This document shows positions 19,850 to 36,629 of a stretch of DNA of 64,000 bases, piece by piece. Below the pieces are notes generated by a model. It saw nothing but the letters and a program-made list of their open reading frames with translations. It did no database searches and was not told where the DNA came from. Both the position numbers and the translations under genes were made by a program. Each line of letters opens with the position of its first letter. The first letter of the stretch is position 1. The stretch is from Eledone cirrhosa (Eukaryota): positions 1 to 64,000 of the forward strand of contig CAXHJY010000626.1 of NCBI GenBank assembly GCA_964016885.1, read 5' to 3'.

Positions 19850-20240
19850 CACACACCACACCACACCACACCACACCACAGAGAGACACACCACACCACA
19901 CCACACCACACCACAGAGAGACACACCACACCACACCACACCACACCACACCACACCACAGAGAGACACACCACACCACACCACAGAGAGACACACCACA
20001 CCACACCACACCACACCACAGAGAGACACACCACACCACACCACACCACACCACACCACACCACACCACACCACACCACAGAGAGACACACCACACCACA
20101 CCACACCACACCACAGAGACACACCACACCACACCACAGAGAGACACACCACACCACACCACACCACAGAGAGACACACCACACCACACCACACCACAGA
20201 GAGACACACCACACCACACCACACCACACCACACCACCAC
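19850..20240. repeat. (CCACA)n pentanucleotide array with periodic CAGAGAGA interruptions
   Basis: Direct observation. Confidence 0.97.
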
Positions 20241-20710
20241 CTATATACACAGACACACACGCGTATATATACACACACACACGCGTATATACACACACAC
20301 ACACACACGTATACACACACACACACACACGCGTATATACACACACACACACGCGTATATACACACACACACACGCGTATATACACACACACACACGCGT
20401 ATATACACACACACACACGCGTATATACACACACACACACGCGTATATACACACACACACACGCGTATATACACACACACACACGCGTATATACACACAC
20501 ACACACGCGTATATACACACACACACACGCGTATACACACACACACACGCGTATACACACACACACGTGTATATACACACACACACACACGCGTATATAC
20601 ACACACACACACACGTATATACACATAGACACACACGCGTATATACACATAGACACACACGCGTATACACACACACACATACGTATATACACACAGACAC
20701 ACACGCGTAT
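20241..20710. repeat. About 22-bp minisatellite (CA)n-CGCGTATATA, fully purine/pyrimidine alternating
   Basis: Unit cacacacacacacgcgtatata repeated about 20 times with length variants. Confidence 0.95.
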
Positions 20711-20769
20711 AGAACGAAAACAATGCCGCAATATTTGTGTCCCTTTGTTTCACTTCACACACACCCTCT

Positions 20770-22230
20770 CTCTTCGATATCTCTTAACGCTCTCTTTCTT
20801 TTCCCCTGATATCTCTTAACACACACTCTCCCTCCCTGATATCTCTTAATATCCTCTCTCTTTTCCCCTGATATCTCTTTAGACTCTCTCTCTCTCTCCT
20901 CTTCTGTGATATCTCTTCACACTCTCTCTCTTTCTCCTGATATCTCATTAGATTCTCTCTCTTTCTTTCTCCCCGATATGTCGTCCCACAGTCTTCCTCT
21001 CTCTCTGATATCTCTTCACACACTCTCCTTCTCTCTGATATCTCTTCACACACTCTCTCATTTTCTCTGATATCTCTTCCCACACTCTCTCATTCTCTCT
21101 GATATCTCTTCACACACTCTCCTAATCTCTGATATCTCTTCACACACTCTCCTTCTCTCTGATATCTCTTCACACACTCTCCTTCTCTCTGATATCTCTT
21201 CCCACACTCTCTCTGATATCTCTTCCCACACTCTCTCATTCTCTCTGATATCTCTTCCCACACTCTCTCATTCTCTCTGATATCTCTTCCCACACTCTCT
21301 CATTCTCTCTGATATCTCTTCCCACACTCTCTCATTCTCTCTGATATCTCTTCCCACACTCTCTCCTAATCTCTGATATCTCTTCACACACTCTCTCATT
21401 TTCTCTGATATCTCTTCCCACACTCTCTCATTCTCTCTGATATCTCTTCACACACTCTTCTAATCTCTGATATCTCTTCACACACTCTTCTAATCTCTGA
21501 TATCTCTTCCCACACTCTCTCATTCTCTCTGATATCTCTTCCCACACTCTCTCATTCTCTCTGATATCTCCTCCCACACTCTCTCATTCTCTGTGATATC
21601 TCTTCCCACACTCTCTCATTCTCTCTGATATCTCTTCCCACACTCTCTCATTCTCTCTGATATCTCTTCCCACACTCTCTCCTAATCTCTGATATCTCTT
21701 CACACACTCTCCTAATCTCTGATATCTCTTCACACACTCTCTCATTCTCTCTGATATCTCTTCACACACTCTCTCATTTTCTCTGATATCTCTTCCCACA
21801 CTCTCTCATTCTCTCTGATATCTCTTCCCACACTCTCTCCTAATCTCTGATATCTCTTCACACACTCTCCTAATCTCTGATATCTCTTCACACACTCTCC
21901 TAATCTCTGATATCTCTTCACACACTCTCCTAATCTCTGATATCTCTTCCCACACTCTCTCATTCTCTCTGATATCTCTTCCCACACTCTCTCCTAATCT
22001 CTGATATCTCTTCACACACTCTCCTAATCTCTGATATCTCTTCACAAACTCTCCTTCTCTTTGATATCTCTTCCCACACTCTCTCATTCTCTCCGATATC
22101 TCTTCCCACACTCTCTCCTTGTCTCTATCTCTTTCCACACTCTCTCCTTGTCTCTGATATCTCTTTCCACACCCTCTCCTTGTCTCTGATATCTCTTTCC
22201 ACACCCTCTCCTTCTCTGTGATATCTCCTA
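20770..22230. repeat. 30/32-bp pyrimidine-rich minisatellite with GATATC core
   Basis: Units ctctctgatatctcttcccacactctctcatt (32) and aatctctgatatctcttcacacactctcct (30) are interspersed; more diverged at both edges. Confidence 0.97.
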
Positions 22231-22368
22231 TCTTATTCACAAATGTCTCCTCTTCCAACAGAATGAATTGATTAATTTCTCAACTTCAACTGTAAAATAC
22301 ACGCCAAAACATCAATGCTTAAGTAGAGTTTTATTAGTTTGAAAGAAAGAAAATCCATACAAGTCTAC

Positions 22369-22409
<41 letters not shown>

Positions 22410-22679
22410 CCACATATACATGATGGCGTTCATCTTCTTATTCAGTGTAACCAGATTTGTAACTCTCTAGTTTTTTTTTCCTTTAAAGATGTAATACCTT
22501 GTCATAATATCTCAAGATGTAATGCTTCTCTATCATGGTATCTGAAGATAAAAAAAGATGTACACCGATATAGCACCCACACAAAAGAACAAACAAAGGA
22601 ATAGAGCATCGAAGACAATTTAACTTAAATACTAACCAACATAATAGATCGATCTATGGGCCTCCGTCGTTTCGACGAA

Positions 22680-22850
22680 TTGTGTTTCAGTTGTTTGCTA
22701 AATGGAATAGCTTGCTCATGAAATTGTGTAATTTGCTGTGTATTCCACGGGCACGTGTTAGTTTAATGTAATTCTCAGGGAGATTCAGCATGACACTGTT
22801 TATGACGAGGTCGCCCCCTTAAATTACAAGCACATTCCACCCGATGGACT
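22680..22850 (-). mobile_element. Decayed SINE family B fragment
   Basis: Resembles the reverse complement of 27790-27950 (gagattcagcat, cttgctc-tgaaatt). Confidence 0.5.
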
Positions 22851-23126
22851 TCCAAAAAGTTTCTATCTATTCACTTAGAAGATATAGTCCGAGCCAATGA
22901 GACTTCCCTAAGATGCCAAGCAGTGGTTTCAAACATTTTAACTATTTGTCCAAGCTCCATTCACATACCTATATAGATGCATGCATAAATATATATATAT
23001 ATAAATATACAAATATACATACCCGTGTATATATATATATATATATATATGAAAAATATGGGTGAGAAGAATACTGCTGGTTGCACATGGATAACATGTT
23101 CTTAAATGAGTCCCTCAGAGGGACTC

Positions 23127-23183
<57 letters not shown>

Positions 23184-23349
23184 TTCGTACATTCCAAGTA
23201 TCATAACGATTACTTAAGTTTCATAGTTGATGTATACATGTCATGTATGTCACCACTACCAACTACGGCATACGGACTGGTCCGATAAACGCTATCGTAT
23301 ACTCCTCCCATATCTCCATAATTCACTATATATAGGATTATCATATACA

Positions 23350-23413
<64 letters not shown>

Positions 23414-23991
23414 TCAGGACTCTGATGGCTGAGCTCCGGCTGTTTCGAAAGCTAGATCCGAACTAAAGTGCCAGTAAATATATGTATACACAAAATAACC
23501 TAATTTAGAAAATCGCAATTACTCTCTCACAGATAGGAATATATACATAAAATATAAGTATAAAACTTGCACCCTATCTCACACACACAGTCGCAACTGA
23601 TGCACAAAGGTACTACTGTTTTTACTCAACTCTAAGACGTCTCTTAACGTGAAAACTACTCTAAAAACATCATGGAAACCTTCCACCAAAGAAACGTCTT
23701 TCTTCAAATATTGTTCGCAATTTCCTATCAGTCAACAAACTACTAACCTTGAATTAAACCTATTAACCTAACTAGACCTGTAAAGGTTAGAGATGGTAGT
23801 TATTGGTCTTGTCTAAATATGAGTGCATGTGGGATTGTCTGTATGTATGTGGTGGTGTATGTATGAATCTACGTGCTTGTGTGTAAAACTTAGGTTCAAA
23901 ATAAAACGCTTCCAATATTTATTTTTATGAAGTTATACAATTATATATATTTATACACACACACACACACACCCACACACACACACACACA

Positions 23992-24044
<53 letters not shown>

Positions 24045-24082
24045 GTCTGAGTGCTTGTCCACTGTATATAATAAACTGTATA

Positions 24083-24116
<34 letters not shown>

Positions 24117-24780
24117 ATTTATGCATATATATGCATATATGTATGCATATATACAAACATATGTACACACACACACACACACATACATACATACACACAC
24201 ATACAAACATCCATATACATACCCATTTTCTCATAACCATGGAAGGAAAATTAAATGCTAACAAAACTATATTCATTCTATTTCGTTATTAAAGATATTA
24301 ATTGAAGAAGTTCCATTTATACTGTTTAGTAAATAAGATCTCATCAAAAGTTTTTAAACAGAGCTTAAACTTATAATAGAATTTAGTAACAGACTATCGA
24401 GAAATTCGATTAAGATTCTTCAATATACATACTCTGTAAATTTTCAATTAAATTAGAAGATAGTCTTGGATAGATTTTGTATATTGTATGAATAAACTTT
24501 CTGTAATAGAAAATCATGTCGTGGAATATAATTTTATCCTTTCTGCTTACTTAAGTTGATTCAATTTTCTTAATTATTCTAGATATTTATAATAAAGTTG
24601 ATATGTCAGTGTAGTATAATTTAGCTCTCAACAGTGACATTGATACTAGCTTCCATTTCTCTATTTTTCGATCGTTAAAACCCGAACATCATTTATGTCT
24701 TTATATATATCTATATATATTTATTGACGTTCTGTGATGGGGAAGATAACATAAGGGAAGAAAACAAGCAAGCAATAAAC

Positions 24781-24819
<39 letters not shown>

Positions 24820-24888
24820 AAAAAGGGATGAAATCGAAAATGCAACTGAAGTCTTATTTTTTTTAAAAATATATATATTTATTTGGTT

Positions 24889-24926
24889 CCTTTACCGGTT
24901 TCGCAGTTCTTCTGCTTTTCAAAAGG
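24889..24926 (-). ncRNA. Minimal type I hammerhead ribozyme, U3-A8 variant
   Basis: cctt-TTGAAAA-gcag-aagaa-ctgc-GAAA-ccgg-TA|aagg. Stems I and II pair perfectly, stem III is the palindrome ACCGGT, and AATAAA follows downstream. Confidence 0.8.
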
Positions 24927-25959
24927 TGAGTTGAGATGGAGGGTCTGTGGTTTTTCTCACATCTGGTTGGTCTCTAAATGTTACTTGTTTTATATGGAAA
25001 AAGTGGCTCGAAAACCAGGTTTTTCGAGAAGTAATTTGATTGGTTTGTCAATAATTATAATAAATTTCGCGCCAGTTCGCGTTACAATAGTTCTTCAAAT
25101 AAGAGAGAGAGGGGGGGGGGGGGTTGTCACAGGTTGTTTTTTCATATATGAGTGTTTGAATTTCTTTTTACTTGAAAAAATGAGGCTCACGAAGGCTTTT
25201 TTTTGGTTGGTTATAAATGAAATTTGGCTGTCACGTGAACAAGTTTTCATTACATTTTTGCGCCCTTATTTGGAAAACTATTCTGTAGTCTTTATAGCGA
25301 ATGTTATGACAATGGAGAGATAGTGGTCAAGGGAAAAGGGATTGGGCGAAATGTTCTGGTTCAGTGAATATGGCCAGCTGTCAGAGTTCAGGTGTCAGAG
25401 TTCAGATTTTCTATTGAGACTGAAGATATGTGTTTATTTGTGTGCTTGTGTGTGTGTATATGTGTGTGTGTGTATGTGTGTATTGGAAGATGATTCTATT
25501 AGTAGAGATGGGGGAGGGAGTTGTGTGTGTGTGTATATGGGTGTTATGTGTGTGTGTGCGAGTATGTTAGATAGAGAGAATATATATTTTGTGTGTGTGT
25601 ATATATATATGTGTGTAGGAAAGTGGTTCTATTAGTAGAAATGGGGAGTGTGTTGTAGGTGTGGGGGTTGTTATGTGTGTGTATGGGTGTTATGTGTGTG
25701 GGAGTATGGTTAGCATGTTAAGATGAAGAGAATATATATATATATATTGTGTGTGTGTGTATGTGTGTGTGTAGGAAAATGATTCCTTTAGTAGGAATAT
25801 TTTTGAATGAACATATTTTCCTGACTTTTTCGTGTTTGCTGTTGTATTGCCAGTGCAAACGTATGTTTAAGGTTTATTTAGTTTGGGTTTTTATTTTCTA
25901 AAGTAGAAGGTGTTATGTGTGTGTGTGTATGTCATATTGTGGTGTTGACATAATGTATA

Positions 25960-26197
25960 TTAAACCTTATTTAATGTTGGTCTATATTTTTGAATAAACA
26001 TATTTTCTTTATTTATTCGCATTTGTTCTGTTGTATTGTTAGCGCAAAGGTAAAATGGGAAGACTTGGAATTTGGGTGTCTTATTACTTGCGCAAATGTC
26101 TAGATGTGCACTTAGTGGTATCTGTCTCGTGGTTGGATCTCGTAATTGTTGGCGATGAACTGTCATTCTGTTTCTGAGTGTGAGTTTAGTTTGTCCT
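25960..26197 (-). pseudogene. C-terminal part of a GIY-YIG endonuclease of a Penelope-like element
   Basis: GQTKLTLRNRMTVHRQQ...HLDIC...KENMFIQKYRPTLN: (YI)GQT, catalytic R, H, E and terminal P-x-LN. The upstream part of the 126-aa ORF is read-through from the inverted repeat. Confidence 0.85.
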
Positions 26198-26359
26198 AAA
26201 AGCAGAAGAACTGCGAAACCGGTAAAGGAACCAAATAAATATATATATTTTAAAAAAAAATAAGACTTCAGTTGCATTTTCGATTTCATCCCTTTTTCTT
26301 TATACTTCCACTCGTGTAGGACACCTCGATTATTTTTCATTTTGTAAAAAAAACCTCAC

Positions 26360-26365
<6 letters not shown>

Positions 26366-26396
<31 letters not shown>

Positions 26397-27095
26397 TGTT
26401 TATGCATATATATATGTTTGTGTATGCATATATATATGTTTGTGTATGCATATATATATGTTTGTGTATGCATATATATATATGTTTGTGTATGCATATA
26501 TATATGTTTGTGTATGCATATATATATATTTGTGTATGCATATATATATGTTTGTGTATGCATATATATATATGTATATGTTTGTACATATATGTTTGTG
26601 TATGCTTATATATATATGTGTTTGTACATATATGTTTGTGTATGCATATATATATATACATATGTGTTTGTACATATATGTTTGTGTATGCATATATATG
26701 TGTATGTGTTTGTACATATATGTTTGTGTATGCATATATATATATATATATATGTTTGTACATATATGTGTGTGTATGCATATATATATGTTTGTACATA
26801 TATGTTTGTGTATGCGCATATATATATATATATGTTTGTACATATATGTTTGTGTATGCATATATATATATATGTTTCTACATATATGTGTGTGTATGCA
26901 TATATATATATATATGTTTCTACATATATGTGTGTGTATGCATATATATATGTTTGTACATATGTGTGTGTATGTGCATATATGTGCCTGTATACACATA
27001 TAAATATAAGTATTTATATATATATATGCATATATGTGTGTGTGTATGTACATATAAGTGCCTGTATAAACATATAAATATAAGTATATATATAT
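26366..27095. repeat. Compound TA/TG minisatellite (tgtttgtgtatgcatatata / tgtttgtacatata)
   Basis: Direct observation. Confidence 0.95.
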
Positions 27096-27130
27096 TGTAT
27101 CTGCCGCTATTACTTCTTGTTGTTTGAATT

Positions 27131-27168
27131 GCCCTGATGAGTCCTTAATAGGACGAAACATTGTCGGC
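27131..27168 (+). ncRNA. Minimal type I hammerhead ribozyme
   Basis: gcc-CTGATGA-gtcc-ttaata-ggac-GAAA-c-att-g-TC|ggc. Canonical core and GUC site, near-palindromic stem III ACA-T-TGT. AATAAA follows directly, then a T-rich tail into (TA)n at about 27320. Confidence 0.88.
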
Positions 27169-27657
27169 TAATAAAGACTTTTGATGTATTGAAGGCTTCT
27201 TTGTTTTACTCTCTTAATTTTTCGGCTCTGTTTAACTACATTGAGCTATACCTTTTACTGTCATTTCTATAATACTAAGAGGGTGTTTAACTCCAACACG
27301 CTCCAGTATTTTAACCTTTATATATATATATGTGTATTTTTGAGCATATATATATATATATATTTATATACACACACATGTATATATGTATGTATATAGA
27401 TATATACACAAACATGTATATATGTATGTGTGTTATACAAATTTATATCTGTATATATACAGTGCTCAGGTAACAGATACATCGAATATGTGGATAGTAT
27501 TTATACATCAAATATTTGGATATGCACATACGTCGAACTTCGAAAAACAATAGGCGCTAATCACAAGCAAATTCGTACGTCCATTTCAGTGATATTAGCA
27601 GAAGCTATAGGGTATCTCCACAAATACGTGTTTCCTTGTGGCTATTTGGATATGATG

Positions 27658-27975
27658 AAGGTGCGTGGCTTTGTGGTTAGGGCATTCAGCTTACAATCGC
27701 AAGGTCGCGAGTTTGATTCCCGGCGGCGCGTTGTGTACTTGAGCAAGACACTTTATTTCACGTTGCTCCAATCCACTCAGCTGGCAAAAATAAGTTGCTC
27801 CTGTAATTCGAAGAGCCAGTCTTGTCACATTCTGTTTGATGCTGAATCTCCATGAGAACTACGTTAAGTGTATACGTATCTGCAGAATGCTCAGCCACTT
27901 GCACGTTAATTTGACGAGCAGGCTGTTCCGTTGATCGTATCAACTGGAATACTCATCGTCTTAACTGACGGAGTA
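27658..27975 (+). mobile_element. tRNA-derived SINE, family B
   Basis: A-box-like TGGCTTTGTGG, B-box-like GTTTGATTCC, conserved core ttgtgtacttgagcaagacacttt, A-rich end. Confidence 0.85.
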
Positions 27976-28322
27976 AAAAAAAATGGTTCTAAGATGGTTT
28001 GAAATACTCATCATTCATTCATTTACAATATATTTACTATTGATTTATTTACAGGGAAATACATAACAATTTGGCATGTATATATGTCTATATAGGGAAT
28101 TTTAAAATGTATACATACATGTAGGTTACCTATGTACTGTATTTGTACAGATATAGATTTGTATAATTCCCCTGCTTAGCTCACAACGTAAGAAATACGT
28201 ATATACACACCTGTGTGTGTATACACGTCTCTCGTTTTCCCTCCCTTTCACTCTCTCTCGCACACGCACGCACACATACGCACGCGCGCGCACGCACACG
28301 GACCACGCACGCGCGTGCGCAC

Positions 28323-28441
28323 GATCATTGTGTGGATCTGTCTGATTCTGGACACACAGCTTCGACGGACACGTCTAATGGTTTCCGAGATATATTCTCT
28401 CACTCTGCGGGTCCAGAATCAGACAGATCCAAACAATGATC
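28323..28441. repeat. Inverted repeat, 31-bp arms (1 mismatch), 57-bp spacer; MITE-like
   Basis: gatcattgtgtggatctgtctgattctggac / gtccagaatcagacagatccaaacaatgatc. Confidence 0.85.
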
Positions 28442-28613
28442 ACGTCTCGAGCTGTCCGCCGGCGAAACAATTGTAACACACAATAAATTGAGTTCAGATG
28501 CATCACTGCTTTTTCGTTTTCTATTCTATCATACTCTGCTCTGTAAGAGCATAGAGTGCTCAACTGGCATAGCGCATATGGAAGCATCTTAGCTACCATC
28601 AGACACATATATG

Positions 28614-28644
<31 letters not shown>

Positions 28645-29251
28645 ATATATATATAAATCAGGAAAGAAGATTGACATGGTTTGCAATACAAAAAAGGTTT
28701 TTAATCTCATTGCTGACAATTGTTTCTCTGAACTGGTAGGTCTAGAGATCGCTATTCGCTTGTTTTCACGTTACTCGATCGCCAATACAAAATTATAACC
28801 AGTCAGTTCTTCGGAGCATGCGAGAATGAAGAGAATATACAGGCATCAATGGAATATACAGGCTACTATATGAAGTAGTAATGGCATTCAGTTAGAACAA
28901 TAACAACAATTACAACAATGCTAGTAATAAATTATTTGAGGAGACCCTGACATTACATTAGGTGGGGGGTATAGTGTATCTTAGATTTCGGCGTGTAAAA
29001 TTAGCTGACATGAAGCAGAAGTATAAGTTTGGCATGTCGTAGGGTGTATTGTATCAATTTTAAAGATAAGCCGGTGTTTATCACCAATATAGGTCAGGTG
29101 GCCGTAATGTTCACTGTCAAAGCTTTGACAGTGTTGTCCCATTCATGTATGTTATTGAAGATGAAGAGAAAGACTGTATTCTCATCTAATGTAGACCACA
29201 CAAATTCTACTCAATGATAAATACTTCGTCGGTCAGATAAATACTGAACAT

Positions 29252-32405
<3,154 letters not shown>

Positions 32406-34966
32406 AACAGCCTGCCACCAGGTTCTTCTGCCTCAACCTCTGACAGGGAAGCTGTGGAATCGCTTCTTGACTTCATGGATGATTTCTGCCTATCCCAACT
32501 GGTGCTCGAACCAACGAGGTGCCACAAAAACGTCCTAGACTTAATTTTCAGTAATCACACTGACAATATCCACAATATTGCAGTGGAGAAAACTCTACTC
32601 TCTGATCATGACATGGTTCTCTGTGATCTGAGATTCCACCGTACAATATACAAACCCAATGTCATCTCTCCTGTCCATCCGTTTGACGCTATGGATTTCC
32701 ACAATGCAAACTGGGAAGCGATCAGTCATGATCTTGCACATGTCGACTGGTCCTTCACGCACACTCATACACCCACTAACATCAAAAAGTCCTGGCAGAC
32801 ATTTGTGGACACTGTTACAAACATATGTGCTAAACACACCCCATTAAGAACTATAAACAAATCTAAGAGCAGAATCCCTAGAAATAGAAAAACACTCATC
32901 AGAAAAATTAAGAGAACGAACAAAAAAATCAACAAGCTGAAATACTGTCAGCAGCAACACATCAACTTGACTGCCATTTCATCACTAGAGATTAAAAAAC
33001 ATAACCTCCAAAACAACATAATGTCCCTCATCAACAATCAGAGAAGAGCTGAAGAGGCCTGGGCCATTGAGAAGATCAAACTCAATCCCAAAGTGTTCTT
33101 TTCATTTGCAAAAAAACACAAAATCACTGGCTCTACTGTTGGCCATTGATGAAAATGGCACTCTCCAAGACAATGCTAAAACCATGGGTGAGATACTGCA
33201 GAAACAATACTGCTCTGTTTTCAGCAATCCTGATATGGCCGATCTGGGCTGTATCGGCGATGTTACTCCCCATTACACCTTATCGGACATAACGTTTGGC
33301 GCCCTGATGTCTTGGCGGCAATAAAGGAAATCAAGCATAATTCAGCAGTAGGTCCCGATAGGTTCCCTGCTTGTGTCTTGAAGGCGTGTCAACACCAACT
33401 TGCATCTCCTCTTGCCAATCTGTGGCGGAACTCACTGGATGCTGGATATGTGCCAGAAAACCTTCTATCCCAGTCTGTTGTCCCAGTTTTCAAAAAGGGA
33501 AACAAATCCCTTGCCGTGAATTACCGTCCAATCTCACTCACCTCTCATATCATTAAGGTATTTGAGAGAGTGGTGAGATCGCGAATGACCCACTTCCTTG
33601 AGAGTAACAATATGCTGAACTCCAGCCAGCATGGATTCCGTAATGGAAGGGATTGCCTGACGCAGCTACTGCATCACTTTGATGACATTTTGAGAGCCTT
33701 GGGAGAGGGTTCCAACACTGATGTTATCTACCTTGATTTCAGCAAGGCCTTTGACAGGGTTGATCATAACATTCTACTGAGAAAGCTGTCCAATATTGGT
33801 GTCACTGGAAAGCTGCTGCAGTGGATCAAGAGCTTCCTGTCAAACAGAACCCAACATGTTGTAGTTGAGGGAGTCAAATCCAGCCCAGCCAAAGTCAGTA
33901 GTGGGGTCCCACAAGGCACTGTGTTGGGCCCACTTCTCTACATCATCTATATTAATGACATCACTGACATCATCAAACACAGCAACATTAACATTTTCAC
34001 TGATGATTCAAAGCTCCAAAAGGTCATCAATGGCGTGGATGACCGGATAAGTCTTCAGTCAGACCTACTGGCTGTTACCCAATGGCGGAAAAGAACATGT
34101 TACTGAACGAAGACAAATTCGAACTGATCCACTTTGGAAAAGAGGATGCTCTGAAACTCCCGTACTCCCTTCCCTCCGGGGAAACTCTCGTGACATCTAA
34201 CAACATCAGAGACTTGGGAGTAACCGTGGACAGCAACATAAGCTGGACCACGCATATAAGCAGCAAAGTTGACATGGCCCGCAGAATGTGTTCCTGGATC
34301 CTCAGAACCTTCCAGTGGAGATATTCCCACACCATTATCCTTCTCTTCTCTACTTTTGCCCGACCACACCTTGAATACTGTTGTCCACTGTGGTCTCCCC
34401 ACACGAAACAAAGTATCATGAAACTTGAAGCTCCTCAAAGGGCAATCACGAAAAAGATAGATGGCATGTCAGACCTTGACTACTGGGGTCGATTAGAAAA
34501 CCTAAAACTTTAATCACTCCAACGTCGCCGTGAGCGTTATATTATCTGCATGATGTGGAAAATATTCCATCATCACTGCCCAAATGATGTTGGCATCGCC
34601 TTCAAGATACACCCAAGGCTTGGGCCCCGTGCTATCCGTCCCATTCAAAAATCTAAATCGCAACTCATAACAACAATACGGCACAATTATTTCACCTCAA
34701 TCGGCCCTGCTCTCTTCAACATCACACCAAGACACGTCAAAACAGAAACTGACCACACAAAATTCAAGAAGTCTTTGGACAAATTCCTCCAAGTAATCCC
34801 GGACAAACCACCCACACCCGGATATGTCTCCCCAAACAGAAATTCTCTTCTCGAATGGGCCATGGTGCCCAAATCCTGAATTGAAAGACTTCGCCAAGTG
34901 GTGCTATTAAGTTAGACATGGCCTGGGACAATACTGGCCAAAACATTTCAAAGTTATTCAAAGTTA
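32406..34966 (+). mobile_element. 5'-truncated CR1-group LINE (end of APE domain plus RT), frameshifted and with stop codons
   Basis: LDLIFS..SDHDMV (APE end), [42 protein letters not shown]. The ORF is broken into at least 5 pieces. Tail (TTCAAAGTTA)2. Confidence 0.95.
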
Positions 34967-34986
34967 TGTATATATATATATGAATG

Positions 34987-35048
<62 letters not shown>

Positions 35049-35141
35049 CATATATGTATATAGATATATGTATATATGTATATATATATGTATATATATA
35101 TGTATATATATATATATATGTATGTATATATATATGTATAT

Positions 35142-35177
<36 letters not shown>

Positions 35178-35205
35178 GTAAGTATGTATATATATATGTA
35201 TATAT

Positions 35206-35520
35206 CTAGAATAAGGAGCAGGTATTGCAATAGCCTGGGATTCAAGGGCCCTCAACTCTTCAACAGGCTGCCGAGGCATCTGCGAGACTTGCATGACGTG
35301 GAGGTGGATGTCTTTAAGAAACATCTCGACACCTTGTTATCCTGGATCCCGGATGAGCCCACAGCAAGACACGAGGGAAACCTAAGGGCAGCAGCAACAA
35401 ACTCCCTCCTACACCAGTGGCCAACCTATACAGGCTGGAGATAAAATGTGTAGCAACAAGGGCGGTGCCCCAGCATGGCCTCAGCCGGATGGCTGAAACA
35501 GGTAAAAGAGTAAAAGAGTA
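35206..35520 (+). mobile_element. 3' end of a second CR1-group LINE subfamily
   Basis: [13 protein letters not shown]...[16 protein letters not shown]...NSLLHQ is homologous to the C-terminus of the neighbouring LINE. Tail (GTAAAAGA)2. Confidence 0.85.
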
Positions 35521-35546
35521 TATATATGTATGTATATGTAAGTATG

Positions 35547-35610
<64 letters not shown>

Positions 35611-35640
35611 TGTATATATATGTATGTATATATATATGTG

Positions 35641-35674
<34 letters not shown>

Positions 35675-35756
35675 TGTGTATGTATATATATATGTATATA
35701 TATGTATGTATATATATGTGTATATATATATATATGTGTATATATATATATATGTG

Positions 35757-35792
<36 letters not shown>

Positions 35793-36272
35793 TGTGTATA
35801 TGTATATATATATATGTGTATATATATATGTATATATATATATATGTGTATATATATATGTATATATATATATATATGTGTGTATATATATATGTATATA
35901 TATGTATGTATATATATGTATATATATATATATGTATGTATATATATGTATATATATATATGTATATATATATATATGTATGTATATATATGTATATATA
36001 TATATGTATATATATATATATGTATGTATATATATGTATATATATATATATGTATGTATATATATGTATATATATATATGTATATATGTATATATATATA
36101 TGTATATATATATATGTATATATGAATGTATATATATGTATATATATGAATGTATATATATGTATGTATATATATGAATGTATATATATGTATGTATATA
36201 TATATATGTATATATGAATGTATATATATGTATATATATGAATGTATATATATGTATGTATATATATGAATG

Positions 36273-36309
<37 letters not shown>

Positions 36310-36494
36310 GTATATATATATGTATGTATATATATGTGTATGTATATATATGTGTATGTATATATATATGTATGTATATATATATATGTATGTATATATA
36401 TATGTATGTATATATATATGTATGTATATATATATGTATGTATATATATATATGTATGTATATATATATGTATGTATATATATATATATGTATG

Positions 36495-36543
<49 letters not shown>

Positions 36544-36580
36544 GTATGTATATATATATGTATGTATATATATATGTATG

Positions 36581-36629
<49 letters not shown>

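Larger units (their letters stand above)
24815..26365. mobile_element. Penelope-like element 3' fragment with inverted pseudo-LTR arrangement
   Basis: GIY-YIG C-terminus on the minus strand (25960-26197), microsatellite-rich 3' UTR, HHR at 24889. 24815-24919 is the reverse complement of 26198-26302. Both ends lie in (TA)n. Confidence 0.85.

Noticed and set aside
19774-20819. His/Thr/Pro- and Cys/Val/Trp-rich ORFs of about 300 aa
   Set aside because: Translations of (CCACA)n and CA-rich satellites.
20770-22230. Regular 30-32 bp repeats resembling a CRISPR array
   Set aside because: No unique spacers, no cas genes, eukaryotic context; it is a minisatellite.
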